Shown here piece after piece: positions 28,101 to 42,180 of a DNA stretch of 64,000 bases (the first letter of the stretch is position 1; each line of letters starts with the position of its first letter). The translations under genes were made by a program, and so were the position numbers. The notes beneath the pieces are model-generated. The model worked only from the letters and a program-made list of their open reading frames with translations, was not told the DNA's origin and did no database searches. This DNA is from Auanema rhodensis (Eukaryota; Animalia; Nematoda): positions 2,542,001 through 2,606,000 of the forward strand of contig OZ059894.1 of NCBI GenBank assembly GCA_964057225.1, given 5' to 3'.

Positions 28101-28740
28101 CACTATACTACATTGAGAAACGCTTAATACAAAAATTAGTTATGATCGTTTGAAAAATGATGCATTAGTGTATGTTGAGTTTCCATGTACACTCAACATT
28201 GCTTCCAAAAACATTTTGACAAAAATTTTTTCGAAAAATTTCAAAATAATTTAGCAAAAAGTAGATGTTTTTAGTTTCCTTTTTTCAAGGCGAAGACGAT
28301 GGACATTGTTATTCAACGAAAAAATTAATTCTTCAGGGTGAAAATCGAGGATATAAGTGTGAACTTATATCAGTTGATATCTCGGTGCATTTTTAAGCTA
28401 GCGCAAATCTGATAGCACAGATCGACGCAGCTTAAAAATCCGCATCGAATGCACTATACTACATTGAGAAACGCCTAATACAAAAATTAGTTATGATCGT
28501 TTGAAAAATGATGCATTAGTGTATGTTGAGTTTCCATGTACACTCAACATTGCTTCCAAAAACATTTTGACAAAAATTTTTTCGAAAAATTTCAATATAA
28601 TTTAGCAAAAAGTAGATGTTTTTAGATTCCTTTTTTCAAGGCAAAGACGATGGACATTGTTATTCAACGAAAAAATTAATTCTTCAGGGTGAAAATCGAG
28701 GATATAAGTGTTAACATATATCAGTTGATATCTCGGTGCA
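13150..28740. repeat. Three copies of a multi-monomer higher-order block (periods 14 and 17 monomers), each with an internal 5-mer duplication
   Basis: The marker 'gcttgaaaat' is at 15445/20359/26328 and 'tttggaaaat' at 16568/21482/27451 (spacings 4914 = 14x351 and 5969 = 17x351+2). 'caaaagttag' occurs in pairs 1755 bp apart (13391/15146, 18305/20060, 24274/26029). Confidence 0.88.
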
Positions 28741-31700
28741 TTTTCAAGCTAGCGCAAATCTGATAACACAGATCGACGCAGCTTACAAATCCGCATCGAA
28801 TGCACTATACTACATTGAGAAACGCTCAATACAAAAATTAGTTATGATCGTTTGAAAAATGATGCATTAGTGTATGTTGAGTTTCCATGTACACTCAACA
28901 TTGCTTCCAAAAACATTTTGACAAAAATTTTTTCGAAAAATTTCAAAATATTTTAGCAAGAAGTAGATGTTTTTAGATTCCTTTTTTCAAGGCAAAGACG
29001 ATGGACAATGTTATTCAACGAAAAAATAATTTCTTCAGGGTGAAAATCGAGGATATAAGTGTGAACTTATATCAGTTGATATCTCGGTACATTTTTAAGC
29101 TAGCGCAAATCTGATAACACAGATCGACGCAGCTTAAAAATCCGCATCAAATGCACTATACTACATTGAGAAACGCTCAATACAAAAATTAGTTATGATC
29201 GTTTGAAAAATGATGAATTAGTGTATGTTGAGTTTCCATGTACACTCAACATTGCTTCCAAAAACATTTTGACAAAAATTTTTTCGAAAAATTTCAAAAT
29301 AATTTAGCAAAAAGTAGATGTTTTTAGATTCCTTTTTTCAAGGCAAAGACGATGGACGATGTTATTCAACGAAAAAATTAATTCTTCAGGGTGAAAATCG
29401 AGGATATAAGTGTGAACTTATATCAGTTGATATCTCGGTGCATTTTCAAGCTAGCGCAAATCTGATAACACAGATCGACGCAGCTTAAAAATCCGCATCG
29501 AATGCATTATACTACATTGAGAAACGCTTAATACAAAAATTAGTTATGATCGTTTGAAAAATGATGCATTAGTGTATGTTGAGTTTCCATGTACACTCAA
29601 CATTGCTTCCAAAAACATTTTGACAAAAATTTTTTCGAAAAATTTCAAAATAATTTAGCAAAAAGTAGATGTTTTTAGATTTCTTTTTTCAAGGCGAAGA
29701 CGATGGACATTGTTATTCAACGAAAAAATTATTTCTTCAGGGTGAAAATCGAGGATATAAGTGTGAACATATATCAGTTGATTTCTCGGTGCATTTTTAA
29801 GCTAGCGCAAATCTGATAACACAGATCGACGCAGCTTAAAAATCCGCATCGAATGCACTATACTACATTGAGAAACGCTCAATACAAAAATTAGTTATGA
29901 TCGTTTGAAAAATGATGCATTAGTGTATGTTGAGTTTCCATGTACACTCAACATTGCTTCCAAAAACATTTTGACAAAAATTTTTTCGAAAAATTTCAAA
30001 ATAATTTAGCAAAAAGTAGATGTTTTCAGATTTTTTTTTCAAGGCAAAGACGATGGACAATGTTATTCAACGAAAAAATTAATTCTTCATGGTGAAAATC
30101 GAGGATATAAGTGTGAACTTATATCAGTTGATATCTCGGTGCATTTTTAAGCTAGCGCAAATCTGATAACACAGATCGACGCAGCTTAAAAATCCGCATC
30201 GAATGCACTATACTACATTGAGAAACGCTAAATACAAAAATTAGTTATGATCGTTTGAAAAATGATGAATTAGTGTATGTTGAGTTTCCATGTACACTCA
30301 ACATTGCTTCCAAAAACATTTTGACAAAAATTTTTTCGAAAAATTTCAAAATAATTAAGCAAAAAGTAGATGTTTTTAGATTCCTTTTTTTAAGGCAAAG
30401 ACGATGGACAATGTTATTCAACGAAAAAATTAATTCTTCAGGGTGAAAATCGAGGATATAAGTGTGAACTTATATCAGTTGATATCTCGGTGCATTTTTA
30501 AGCTAGCGCAAATCTGATAACACAGATCGACGCAGCTTAAAAATCCGCATCGAATGCACTATACTACATTGAGAAACGCTCAATACAAAAATTAGTTATG
30601 ATCGTTTGAAAAATGATGCATTAGTGTATGTTGAGTTTCCATGTACACTCAACATTGCTTCCAAAAACATTTTGACAAAAATTTTTTCGAAAAATTTCAA
30701 AATAATTTAGCAAAAAGTAGATGTTTTTAGATTCCTTTTTTCAAGGCAAAGACGATGGACGATGTTATTCAACGAAAAAATTAATTCTTCAGGGTGAAAA
30801 TCGAGGATATAAGTGTGAACTTATATCAGTTGATATCTCGGTGCATTTTCAAGCTAGCGCAAATCTGATAACACAGATCGACGCAGCTTAAAAATCCGCA
30901 TCAAATGCACTATACTACATTGAGAAACGCTCAATACAAAAATTAGTTATGATCGTTTGAAAAATGATGCATTAGTGTATGTTGAGTTTCCATGTACACT
31001 CAACATTGCTTCCAAAAACATTTTGACAAAAATTTTTTCGAAAAATTTCAAAATAATTTAGCAAAAAGTAGATGTTTTTAGATTCCTTTTTTCAAGGCAA
31101 AGACGATGGACGATGTTATTCAACGAAAAAATTAATTCTTCAGGGTGAAAATCGAGGATATAAGTGTGAACTTATATCAGTTGATATCTCGGTGCATTTT
31201 CAAGCTAGCGCAAATCTGATAACACAGATCGACGCAGCTTACAAATCCGCATCGAATGCACTATACTACATTGAGAAACGCTCAATACAAAAATTAGTTA
31301 TGATCGTTTGAAAAATGATGCATTAGTGTATGTTGAGTTTCCATGTACACTCAACATTGCTTCCAAAAACATTTTGACAAAAATTTTTTCGAAAAATTTC
31401 AAAATATTTTAGCAAGAAGTAGATGTTTTTAGATTCCTTTTTTCAAGGCAAAGACGATGGACAATGTTATTCAACGAAAAAATAATTTCTTCAGGGTGAA
31501 AATCGAGGATATAAGTGTGAACTTATATCAGTTGATATCTCGGTACATTTTTAAGCTAGCGCAAATCTGATAACACAGATCGACGCAGCTTAAAAATCCG
31601 CATCAAATGCACTATACTACATTGAGAAACGCTCAATACAAAAATTAGTTATGATCGTTTGAAAAATGATGAATTAGTGTATGTTGAGTTTCCATGTACA

Positions 31701-34700
31701 CTCAACATTGCTTCCAAAAACATTTTGACAAAAATTTTTTCGAAAAATTTCAAAATAATTAAGCAAAAAGTAGATGTTTTTAGATTCCTTTTTTTAAGGC
31801 AAAGACGATGGACAATGTTATTCAACGAAAAAATTAATTCTTCAGGGTGAAAATCGAGGATATAAGTGTGAACTTATATCAGTTGATATCTCGGTGCATT
31901 TTTAAGCTAGCGCAAATCTGATAACACAGATCGACGCAGCTTAAAAATCCGCATCGAATGCACTATACTACATTGAGAAACGCTCAATACAAAAATTAGT
32001 TATGATCGTTTGAAAAATGATGCATTAGTGTATGTTGAGTTTCCATGTACACTCAACATTGCTTCCAAAAACATTTTGACAAAAATTTTTTCGAAAAATT
32101 TCAAAATAATTTAGCAAAAAGTAGATGTTTTTAGATTCCTTTTTTCAAGGCAAAGACGATGGACGATGTTATTCAACGAAAAAATTAATTCTTCAGGGTG
32201 AAAATCGAGGATATAAGTGTGAACTTATATCAGTTGATATCTCGGTGCATTTTCAAGCTAGCGCAAATCTGATAACACAGATCGACGCAGCTTAAAAATC
32301 CGCATCAAATGCACTATACTACATTGAGAAACGCTCAATACAAAAATTAGTTATGATCGTTTGAAAAATGATGCATTAGTGTATGTTGAGTTTCCATGTA
32401 CACTCAACATTGCTTCCAAAAACATTTTGACAAAAATTTTTTCGAAAAATTTCAAAATAATTTAGCAAAAAGTAGATGTTTTTAGATTCCTTTTTTCAAG
32501 GCAAAGACGATGGACGATGTTATTCAACGAAAAAATTAATTCTTCAGGGTGAAAATCGAGGATATAAGTGTGAACTTATATCAGTTGATATCTCGGTGCA
32601 TTTTCAAGCTAGCGCAAATCTGATAACACAGATCGACGCAGCTTACAAATCCGCATCGAATGCACTATACTACATTGAGAAACGCTCAATACAAAAATTA
32701 GTTATGATCGTTTGAAAAATGATGCATTAGTGTATGTTGAGTTTCCATGTACACTCAACATTGCTTCCAAAAACATTTTGACAAAAATTTTTTCGAAAAA
32801 TTTCAAAATATTTTAGCAAGAAGTAGATGTTTTTAGATTCCTTTTTTCAAGGCAAAGACGATGGACAATGTTATTCAACGAAAAAATAATTTCTTCAGGG
32901 TGAAAATCGAGGATATAAGTGTGAACTTATATCAGTTGATATCTCGGTACATTTTTAAGCTAGCGCAAATCTGATAACACAGATCGACGCAGCTTAAAAA
33001 TCCGCATCAAATGCACTATACTACATTGAGAAACGCTCAATACAAAAATTAGTTATGATCGTTTGAAAAATGATGAATTAGTGTATGTTGAGTTTCCATG
33101 TACACTCAACATTGCTTCCAAAAACATTTTGACAAAAATTTTTTCGAAAAATTTCAAAATAATTTAGCAAAAAGTAGATGTTTTTAGATTCCTTTTTTCA
33201 AGGCAAAGACGATGGACGATGTTATTCAACGAAAAAATTAATTCTTCAGGGTGAAAATCGAGGATATAAGTGTGAACTTATATCAGTTGATATCTCGGTG
33301 CATTTTCAAGCTAGCGCAAATCTGATAACACAGATCGACGCAGCTTAAAAATCCGCATCAAATGCACTATACTACATTGAGAAACGCTCAATACAAAAAT
33401 TAGTTATGATCGTTTGAAAAATGATGCATTAGTGTATGTTGAGTTTCCATGTACACTCAACATTGCTTCCAAAAACATTTTGACAAAAATTTTTTCGAAA
33501 AATTTCAAAATAATTTAGCAAAAAGTAGATGTTTTTAGATTTCTTTTTTCAAGGCGAAGACGATGGACATTGTTATTCAACGAAAAAATTAATTCTTCAG
33601 GGTGAAAATTGAGGATATAAGTGTGAACATATATCAGTTGATATCTCGGTGCATTTTTAAGCTAGCGCAAATCTGATAACACAGATCGACGCAGCTTAAA
33701 AATCCGCATCGAATGCACTATACTACATTGAGAAACGCTCAATACAAAAATTAGTTATGATCGTTTGAAAAATGATGCATTAGTGTATGTTGAGTTTCCA
33801 TGTACACTCAACATTGCTTCCAAAAACATTTTGACAAAAATTTTTTCGGAAAATTTCAAGATAATTTAGCAAAAAGTAGATGTTTTTAGATTCCTTTTTT
33901 CAAGGCAAAGACGATGGACATTGTTATTCAACGAAAAAATTAATTCTTCAGGGTGAAAATCGAGGATATAAGTGTGAACTTATATCAGTTGATATCTCGG
34001 TGCATTTTTAAGCTAGCGCAAATCTGATAACACAGATCGACGCAGCTTAAAAATCCGCATCGAATGCACTATATTACATTGAGAAACGCTCAATACAAAA
34101 ATTAGTTATGTTCGTTTGAAAAATGATGCATTAGTGTATGTTGAGTTTCCATGTACACTCAACATTGTTTCCAAAAACATTTTGACAAAAATTTTTTCGA
34201 AAAATTTCAAAATAATTTAGCAAAAAGTAGATGTTTTCAGATTTTTTTTTCAAGGCAAAGACGATGGACAATGTTATTCAACGAAAAAATTAATTCTTCA
34301 TGGTGAAAATCGAGGATATAAGTGTGAACTTATATCAGTTGATATCTCGGTGCATTTTTAAGCTAGCGCAAATCTGATAACACAGATCGACGCAGCTTAA
34401 AAATCCGCATCGAATGCACTATACTACATTGAGAAACGCTAAATACAAAAATTAGTTATGATCGTTTGAAAAATGATGAATTAGTGTATGTTGAGTTTCC
34501 ATGTACACTCAACATTGCTTCCAAAAACATTTTGACAAAAATGTTTTCGAAAAATTTCAAAATAATTAAGCAAAAAGTAGATGTTTTTAGATTCCTTTTT
34601 TTAAGGCAAAGACGATGGACAATGTTATTCAACGAAAAAATTAATTCTTCAGGGTGAAAATCGAGGATATAAGTGTGAACTTATATCAGTTGATATCTCG

Positions 34701-36850
34701 GTGCATTTTTAAGCTAGCGCAAATCTGATAACACAGATCGACGCAGCTTAAAAATCCGCATCGAATGCACTATACCACATTGAGAAACGCTCAATACAAA
34801 AATTAGTTATGATCGTTTGAAAAATGATGCATTAGTGTATGTTGAGTTTCCATGTACACTCAACATTGCTTCCAAAAACATTTTGACAAAAATTTTTTCG
34901 AAAAATTTCAAAATAATTTAGCAAAAAGTAGATGTTTTTAGATTCCTTTTTTCAAGGCAAAGACGATGGACGATGTTATTCAACGAAAAAATTAATTCTT
35001 CAGGGTGAAAATCGAGGATATAAGTGTGAACTTATATCAGTTGATATCTCGGTGCATTTTCAAGCTAGCGCAAATCTGATAACACAGATCGACGCAGCTT
35101 AAAAATCCGCATCAAATGCACTATACTACATTGAGAAACGCTCAATACAAAAATTAGTTATGATCGTTTGAAAAATGATGCATTAGTGTATGTTGAGTTT
35201 CCATGTACACTCAACATTGCTTCCAAAAACATTTTGACAAAAATTTTTTCGAAAAATTTTAAAATAATTTAGCAAAAAGTAGATGTTTTTAGATTCCTTT
35301 TTTCAAGGCAAAGACGATGGACTTTGTTATTCAACGAAAAAATCAATTCTTCAGGGTGAAAATCGAGGATCTAAGTGTGAACTTATATCAGTTGATATCT
35401 CGGTGCATTTTTAAGCTAGCGCAAATCTGATAACACAGATCGACGCAGCTTAAAAATCCGCATCGAATGCACTATACTACATTGAGAAACGCTCAATACA
35501 AAAATTAGTTATGATCGTTTGAAAAATGATGCATTAGTGTATGTTGAGTTTCCATGTACACTCAACATTGCTTCCAAAAACATTTTGACAAAAATTTTTT
35601 CGAAAAATTTCAAAATATTTTAGCAAGAAGTAGATGTTTTTAGATTCCTTTTTTCAAGGCAAAGACGATGGACGATGTTATTCAACGAAAAAATTAATTC
35701 TTCAGGGTGAAAATCGAGGATATAAGTGTGAACTTATATCAGTTGATATCTCGGTGCATTTTCAAGCTAGCGCAAATCTGATAACACAGATCGACGCAGC
35801 TTAAGAATCCGCATCAAATGCACTATACTACATTGAGAAACGCTCAATACAAAAATTAGTTATGATCGTTTGAAAAATGATGAATTAGTGTATGTTGAGT
35901 TTCCATGTACACTCAACATTGCTTCCAAAAACATTTTGACAAAAATTTTTTCGAGAAATTTCAAAATAATTTAGCAAAAAGTAGATGTTTTTAGATTCCT
36001 TTTTTCAAGGCGAAGACGATGGACATTGTTATTCAACGAAAAAATTAATTCTTCAGGGTGAAAATCGAGGATATAAGTGTGAACTTATATCAGTTGATAT
36101 CTCGGTGCATTTTCAAGCTAGCGCAAATCTGATAACACAGATCGACGCAGCTTAAAAATCCGCATCGAATGCACTATACTACATTGAGAAACGCTCAATA
36201 CAAAAATTAGTTATGATCGTTTGAAAAATGATGAATTAGTGTATGTTGAGTTTCCATGTACACTCAACATTGCTTCCAAAAACATTTTGACAAAAATTTT
36301 TTCGAAAAATTTCAAAATAATTTAGCAAAAAGTAGATGTTTTTAGATTCCTTTTTTCAAGGCGAAGACGATGGACATTGTTATTCAACGAAAAAATTAAT
36401 TCTTCAGGGTGAAAATCGAGGATATAAGTGTGAACTTATATCAGTTGATATCTCGGTGCATTTTCAAGCTAGCGCAAATCTGATAACACAGATCGACGCA
36501 GCTTAAGAATCCGCATCAAATGCACTATACTACATTGAGAAACGCTCAATACAAAAATTAGTTATGATCGTTTGAAAAATGATGAATTAGTGTATGTTGA
36601 GTTTCCATGAACACTCAACATTGCTTCCAAAAACATTTTGACAAAAATTTTTTCGAAAAATTTCAAAATAATTTAGCAAAAAGTAGATGTTTTTAGATTC
36701 CTTTTTTCAAGGCGAAGACGATGGACATTGTTATTCAACGAAAAAATTAATTCTTCAGGGTGAAAATCGAGGATATAAGTGTGAACTTATATCAGTTGAT
36801 ATCTCGGTGCATTTTTAAGCTAGCGCAAATCTGATAACACAGATCGACGC
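28740..36850. repeat. Subfamily-B domain 1 of the satellite
   Basis: First appearance of the variants ggacaatg/ggacgatg/ggactttg, gcatcaaat, aatattttagcaagaag, cggtacat and 350-bp deletion monomers, which I did not see in 1-28700. Confidence 0.8.
30188..33070. repeat. Tandem 4-mer (1404 bp) duplication
   Basis: Identical chance ORFs at 30255/31659 and 31072/32476 are both 1404 bp apart, and the flanking SNP haplotypes match. Confidence 0.88.
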
Positions 36851-39800
36851 AGCTTACAAATCCGCATCGAATGCACTATACTACATTGAGAAACGCCTAA
36901 TACAAAAATTAGTTATGATCGTTTGAAAAATGATGCATTAGTGTATGTTGAGTTTCCATGTACACTCAACATTGCTTCCAAAAACATTTTGACAAAAATT
37001 TTTTCGAAAAATTTCAAAATAATTTAGCGAAAAGTAGATGTTTTTAGATTCCTTTTTTCAAGGCAAAGACGATGGACATTGTTATTCGACGAAAAAATTA
37101 ATTCTTCAGGGTGAAAATCGAGGATATATGTGTGAACATATATCAGTTGATATCTCGGTGCATTTTTAAGCTAGCGCAAATCTGATAACACAGATCGACG
37201 CAGCTTACAAATCCGCATCGAATGCACTATACTACATTAAGAAACGCCTAATACAAAAATTAGTTATGATTGTTTGAAAAATGATGCATTAGTGTATGTT
37301 GAGTTTCCATGTACACTCAACATTGCTTCCAAAAACATTTTGACAAAAATTTTTTCGAAAAATTTCAAAATAATTTAGCAAAAAGTAGATGTTTTTAGAT
37401 TCCTTTTTTCAAGGCAAAGACGATGGACATTGTTATTCAACGAAAAAATTAATTCTTCAGGGTGAAAATCGAGGATATAAGTGTGAACTTATATCAGTTG
37501 ATATCTCGGTGCATTTTTAAGCTAGCGCAAATCTGATAACACAGATCGACGCAGCTTAAAAATCCGCATCGAATGCACTATACTACATTGAGAAACGCTT
37601 AATACAAAAATTAGTTATGATCGTTTGAAAAATGATGCATTAGTGTATGTTGAGTTTCCATGTACACTCAACATTGCTTCCAAAAACATTTTGACAAAAA
37701 TTTTTTCGAAAAATTTCAAAATAATTTAGCAAAAAGTAGATGTTTTTAGATACCTTTTTTGAAGGCAAAGACGATGGACATTGTTATTCAACGAAAATAT
37801 TATTTCTTCAGGGTGAAAATCGAGGATATATGTGTGAACTTATATCAGTTGATAACTCGGTGCATTTTTAAGCTAGCGCAAATCTGATAACACAGATCGA
37901 CGCAGCCTAAAAATCCGCATCGAATGCATTATACTACATTGAGAAACGCTTAATACAAAAATTAGTTATGATCGTTTGAAAAATGATGCATTAGTGTATG
38001 TTGAGTTTCCATGTACACTCAACATTGCTTCCAAAAACATTTTGACAAAAATTTTTTCGAAAAATTTCAAAATAATTTAGCAAAAAATAGATGTTTTTAG
38101 ATTCCTTTTTTCAAGGCGAAGACGATGGACATTGTTATTCAACGAAAAATTTATTTCTTCAGGGTGAAAATCGAGGATATAAGTGTGAACTTATATCAGT
38201 TGATATCTCGGTGCATTTTTAAGCTAGCGCAAATCTGATAACACAGATCGACGCAGCTTAAAAATCCGCATCGAATGCACTATTCTACATTGAGAAACGC
38301 TCAATACAAAAATTAGTTATGATCGTTTGAAAAATGATGCATTAGTGTATGTTGAGTTTCCATGTACACTCAACATTGCTTCCAAAAACATTTTGACAAA
38401 AATTTTTTCGAAAAATTTCAAAATAATTTAGCAAAAAATAGATGTTTTTAGATTCCTTTTTTCAAGGCGAAGACGATGGACATTGTTATTCAACGAAAAA
38501 TTTATTTCTTCAGGGTGAAAATCGAGGATATAAGTGTGAACTTATATCAGTTGATATCTCGGTGCATTTTTAAGCTAGCGCAAATCTGATAACACAGATC
38601 GACGCAGCTTAAAAATCCGCATCGAATGCACTATTCTACATTGAGAAACGCTCAATACAAAAATTAGTTATGATCGTTTGAAAAATGATGCATTAGTGTA
38701 TGTTGAGTTTCCATGTACACTCAACATTGCTTCCAAAAACATTTTGACAAAAATTTTTTCGAAAAATTTCAAAATAATTTAGCGAAAAGTAGATGTTTTT
38801 AGATTCCTTTTTTCAAGGCAAAGACGATGGACATTGTTATTCGACGAAAAAATTAATTCTTCAGGGTGAAAATCGAGGATATATGTGTGAACATATATCA
38901 GTTGATATCTCGGTGCATTTTTAAGCTAGCGCAAATCTGATAACACAGATCGACGCAGCTTACAAATCCGCATCGAATGCACTATACTACATTAAGAAAC
39001 GCCTAATACAAAAATTAGTTATGATCGTTTGAAAAATGATGCATTAGTGTATGTTGAGTTTCCATGTACACTCAACATTGCTTCCAAAAACATTTTGACA
39101 AAAATTTTTTCGAAAAATTTCAAAATAATTTAGCAAAAAGTAGATGTTTTTAGATTCCTTTTTTCAAGGCAAAGACGATGGACATTGTTATTCAACGAAA
39201 AAATTAATTCTTCAGGGTGAAAATCGAGGATATAAGTGTGAACTTATATCAGTTGATATCTCGGTGCATTTTTAAGCTAGCGCAAATCTGATAACACAGA
39301 TCGACGCAGCTTAAAAATCCGCATCGAATGCACTATACTACATTGAGAAACGCTTAATACAAAAATTAGTTATGATCGTTTGAAAAATGATGCATTAGTG
39401 TATGTTGAGTTTCCATGTACACTCAACATTGCTTCCAAAAACATTTTGACAAAAATTTTTTCGAAAAATTTCAAAATAATTTAGCAAAAAGTAGATGTTT
39501 TTAGATACCTTTTTTGAAGGCAAAGACGATGGACATTGTTATTCAACGAAAATATTATTTCTTCAGGGTGAAAATCGAGGATATATGTGTGAACTTATAT
39601 CAGTTGATAACTCGGTGCATTTTTAAGCTAGCGCAAATCTGATAACACAGATCGACGCAGCTTAAAAATCCGCATCGAATGCATTATACTACATTGAGAA
39701 ACGCTTAATACAAAAATTAGTTATGATCGTTTGAAAAATGATGCATTAGTGTATGTTGAGTTTCCATGTACACTCAACATTGCTTCCAAAAACATTTTGA

Positions 39801-42180
39801 CAAAAATTTTTTCGAAAAATTTCAAAATAATTTAGCAAAAAATAGATGTTTTTAGATTCCTTTTTTCAAGGCGAAGACGATGGACATTGTTATTCAACGA
39901 AAAATTTATTTCTTCAGGGTGAAAATCGAGGATATAAGTGTGAACTTATATCAGTTGATATCTCGGTGCATTTTTAAGCTAGCGCAAATCTGATAACACA
40001 GATCGACGCAGCTTAAAAATCCGCATCGAATGCACTATTCTACATTGAGAAACGCTCAATACAAAAATTAGTTATGATCGTTTGAAAAATGATGCATTAG
40101 TGTATGTTGAGTTTCCATGTACACTCAACATTGCTTCCAAAAACATTTTGACAAAAATTTTTTCGAAAAATTTCAGAATAATTTAGCAAAAAGTAGATGT
40201 TTTTAGATTCCTTTTTTCTAGGCGAAGACGATGGACATTGTTATTCAACGAAAAAATTAATTCTTCAGGGTGAAAATCGAGGATATATGTGTGATTTTAT
40301 ATCAGTTGATATCTCGGTGCATTTTTAAGCTAGCGCAAATCTGATAACACAGATCGACGCAGCTTAAAAATCCGCATCGAATGCACTATACTACATTGAG
40401 AAACGCTTAATACGAAAATTAGTTATGATCGTTTGAAAAATGATGCATTAGTGTATGTTGAGTTTCCATGTACACTCAACATTGCTTCCAAAAACATTTT
40501 GACAAAAATTTTTTCGAAAAATTTCAAAATAATTTAGCAAAAAGTAGATGTTTTTAGTTTCCTTTTTTCAAGGCGAAGACGATGGACATTGTTATTCAAC
40601 GAAAAAATTAATTCTTCAGGGTGAAAATCGAGGATATAAGTGTGAACTTATATCAGTTGATATCTCGGTGCATTTTTAAGCTAGCGCAAATCTGATAACA
40701 CAGATCGACGCAGCTTACAAATCCGCATCGAATGCACTATACTACATTGAGAAACGCCTAATACAAAAATTAGTTATGATCGTTTGAAAAATGATGCATT
40801 AGTGTATGTTGAGTTTCCATGTACACTCAACATTGCTTCCAAAAACATTTTGACAAAAATTTTTTCGAAAAATTTCAAAATAATTTAGCGAAAAGTAGAT
40901 GTTTTTAGATTCCTTTTTTCAAGGCAAAGACGATGGACATTGTTATTCGACGAAAAAATTAATTCTTCAGGGTGAAAATCGAGGATATATGTGTGAACAT
41001 ATATCAGTTGATATCTCGGTGCATTTTTAAGCTAGCGCAAATCTGATAACACAGATCGACGCAGCTTACAAATCCGCATCGAATGCACTATACTACATTA
41101 AGAAACGCCTAATACAAAAATTAGTTATGATCGTTTGAAAAATGATGCATTAGTGTATGTTGAGTTTCCATGTACACTCAACATTGCTTCCAAAAACATT
41201 TTGACAAAAATTTTTTCGAAAAATTTCAAAATAATTTAGCAAAAAGTAGATGTTTTTAGATTCCTTTTTTCAAGGCAAAGACGATGGACATTGTTATTCA
41301 ACGAAAAAATTAATTCTTCAGGGTGAAAATCGAGGATATAAGTGTGAACTTATATCAGTTGATATCTCGGTGCATTTTTAAGCTAGCGCAAATCTGATAA
41401 CACAGATCGACGCAGCTTAAAAATCCGCATCGAATGCACTATACTACATTGAGAAACGCTTAATACAAAAATTAGTTATGATCGTTTGAAAAATGATGCA
41501 TTAGTGTATGTTGAGTTTCCATGTACACTCAACATTGCTTCCAAAAACATTTTGACAAAAATTTTTTCGAAAAATTTCAAAATAATTTAGCAAAAAGTAG
41601 ATGTTTTTAGATACCTTTTTTGAAGGCAAAGACGATGGACATTGTTATTCAACGAAAATATTATTTCTTCAGGGTGAAAATCGAGGATATATGTGTGAAC
41701 TTATATCAGTTGATAACTCGGTGCATTTTTAAGCTAGCGCAAATCTGATAACACAGATCGACGCAGCTTAAAAATCCGCATCGAATGCATTATACTACAT
41801 TGAGAAACGCTTAATACAAAAATTAGTTATGATCGTTTGAAAAATGATGCATTAGTGTATGTTGAGTTTCCATGTACACTCAACATTGCTTCCAAAAACA
41901 TTTTGACAAAAATTTTTTCGAAAAATTTCAAAATAATTTAGCGAAAAATAGATGTTTTTAGATTCCTTTTTTCAAGGCGAAGACGATGGACATTGTTATT
42001 CAACGAAAAATTTATTTCTTCAGGGTGAAAATCGAGGATATAAGTGTGAACTTATATCAGTTGATATCTCGGTGCATTTTTAAGCTAGCGCAAATCTGAT
42101 AACACAGATCGACGCAGCTTAAAAATCCGCATCGAATGCACTATTCTACATTGAGAAACGCTCAATACAAAAATTAGTTA
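36850..42180. repeat. Subfamily-A-like domain with 5-mer and 6-mer higher-order duplications
   Basis: The cctaat/agcgaaa/attaag variants return. Markers 'ttcgacgaa' at 37088/38843/40949 and 'tttttgaagg' at 37761/39516/41622 have spacings of 1755 and 2106. Confidence 0.8.
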
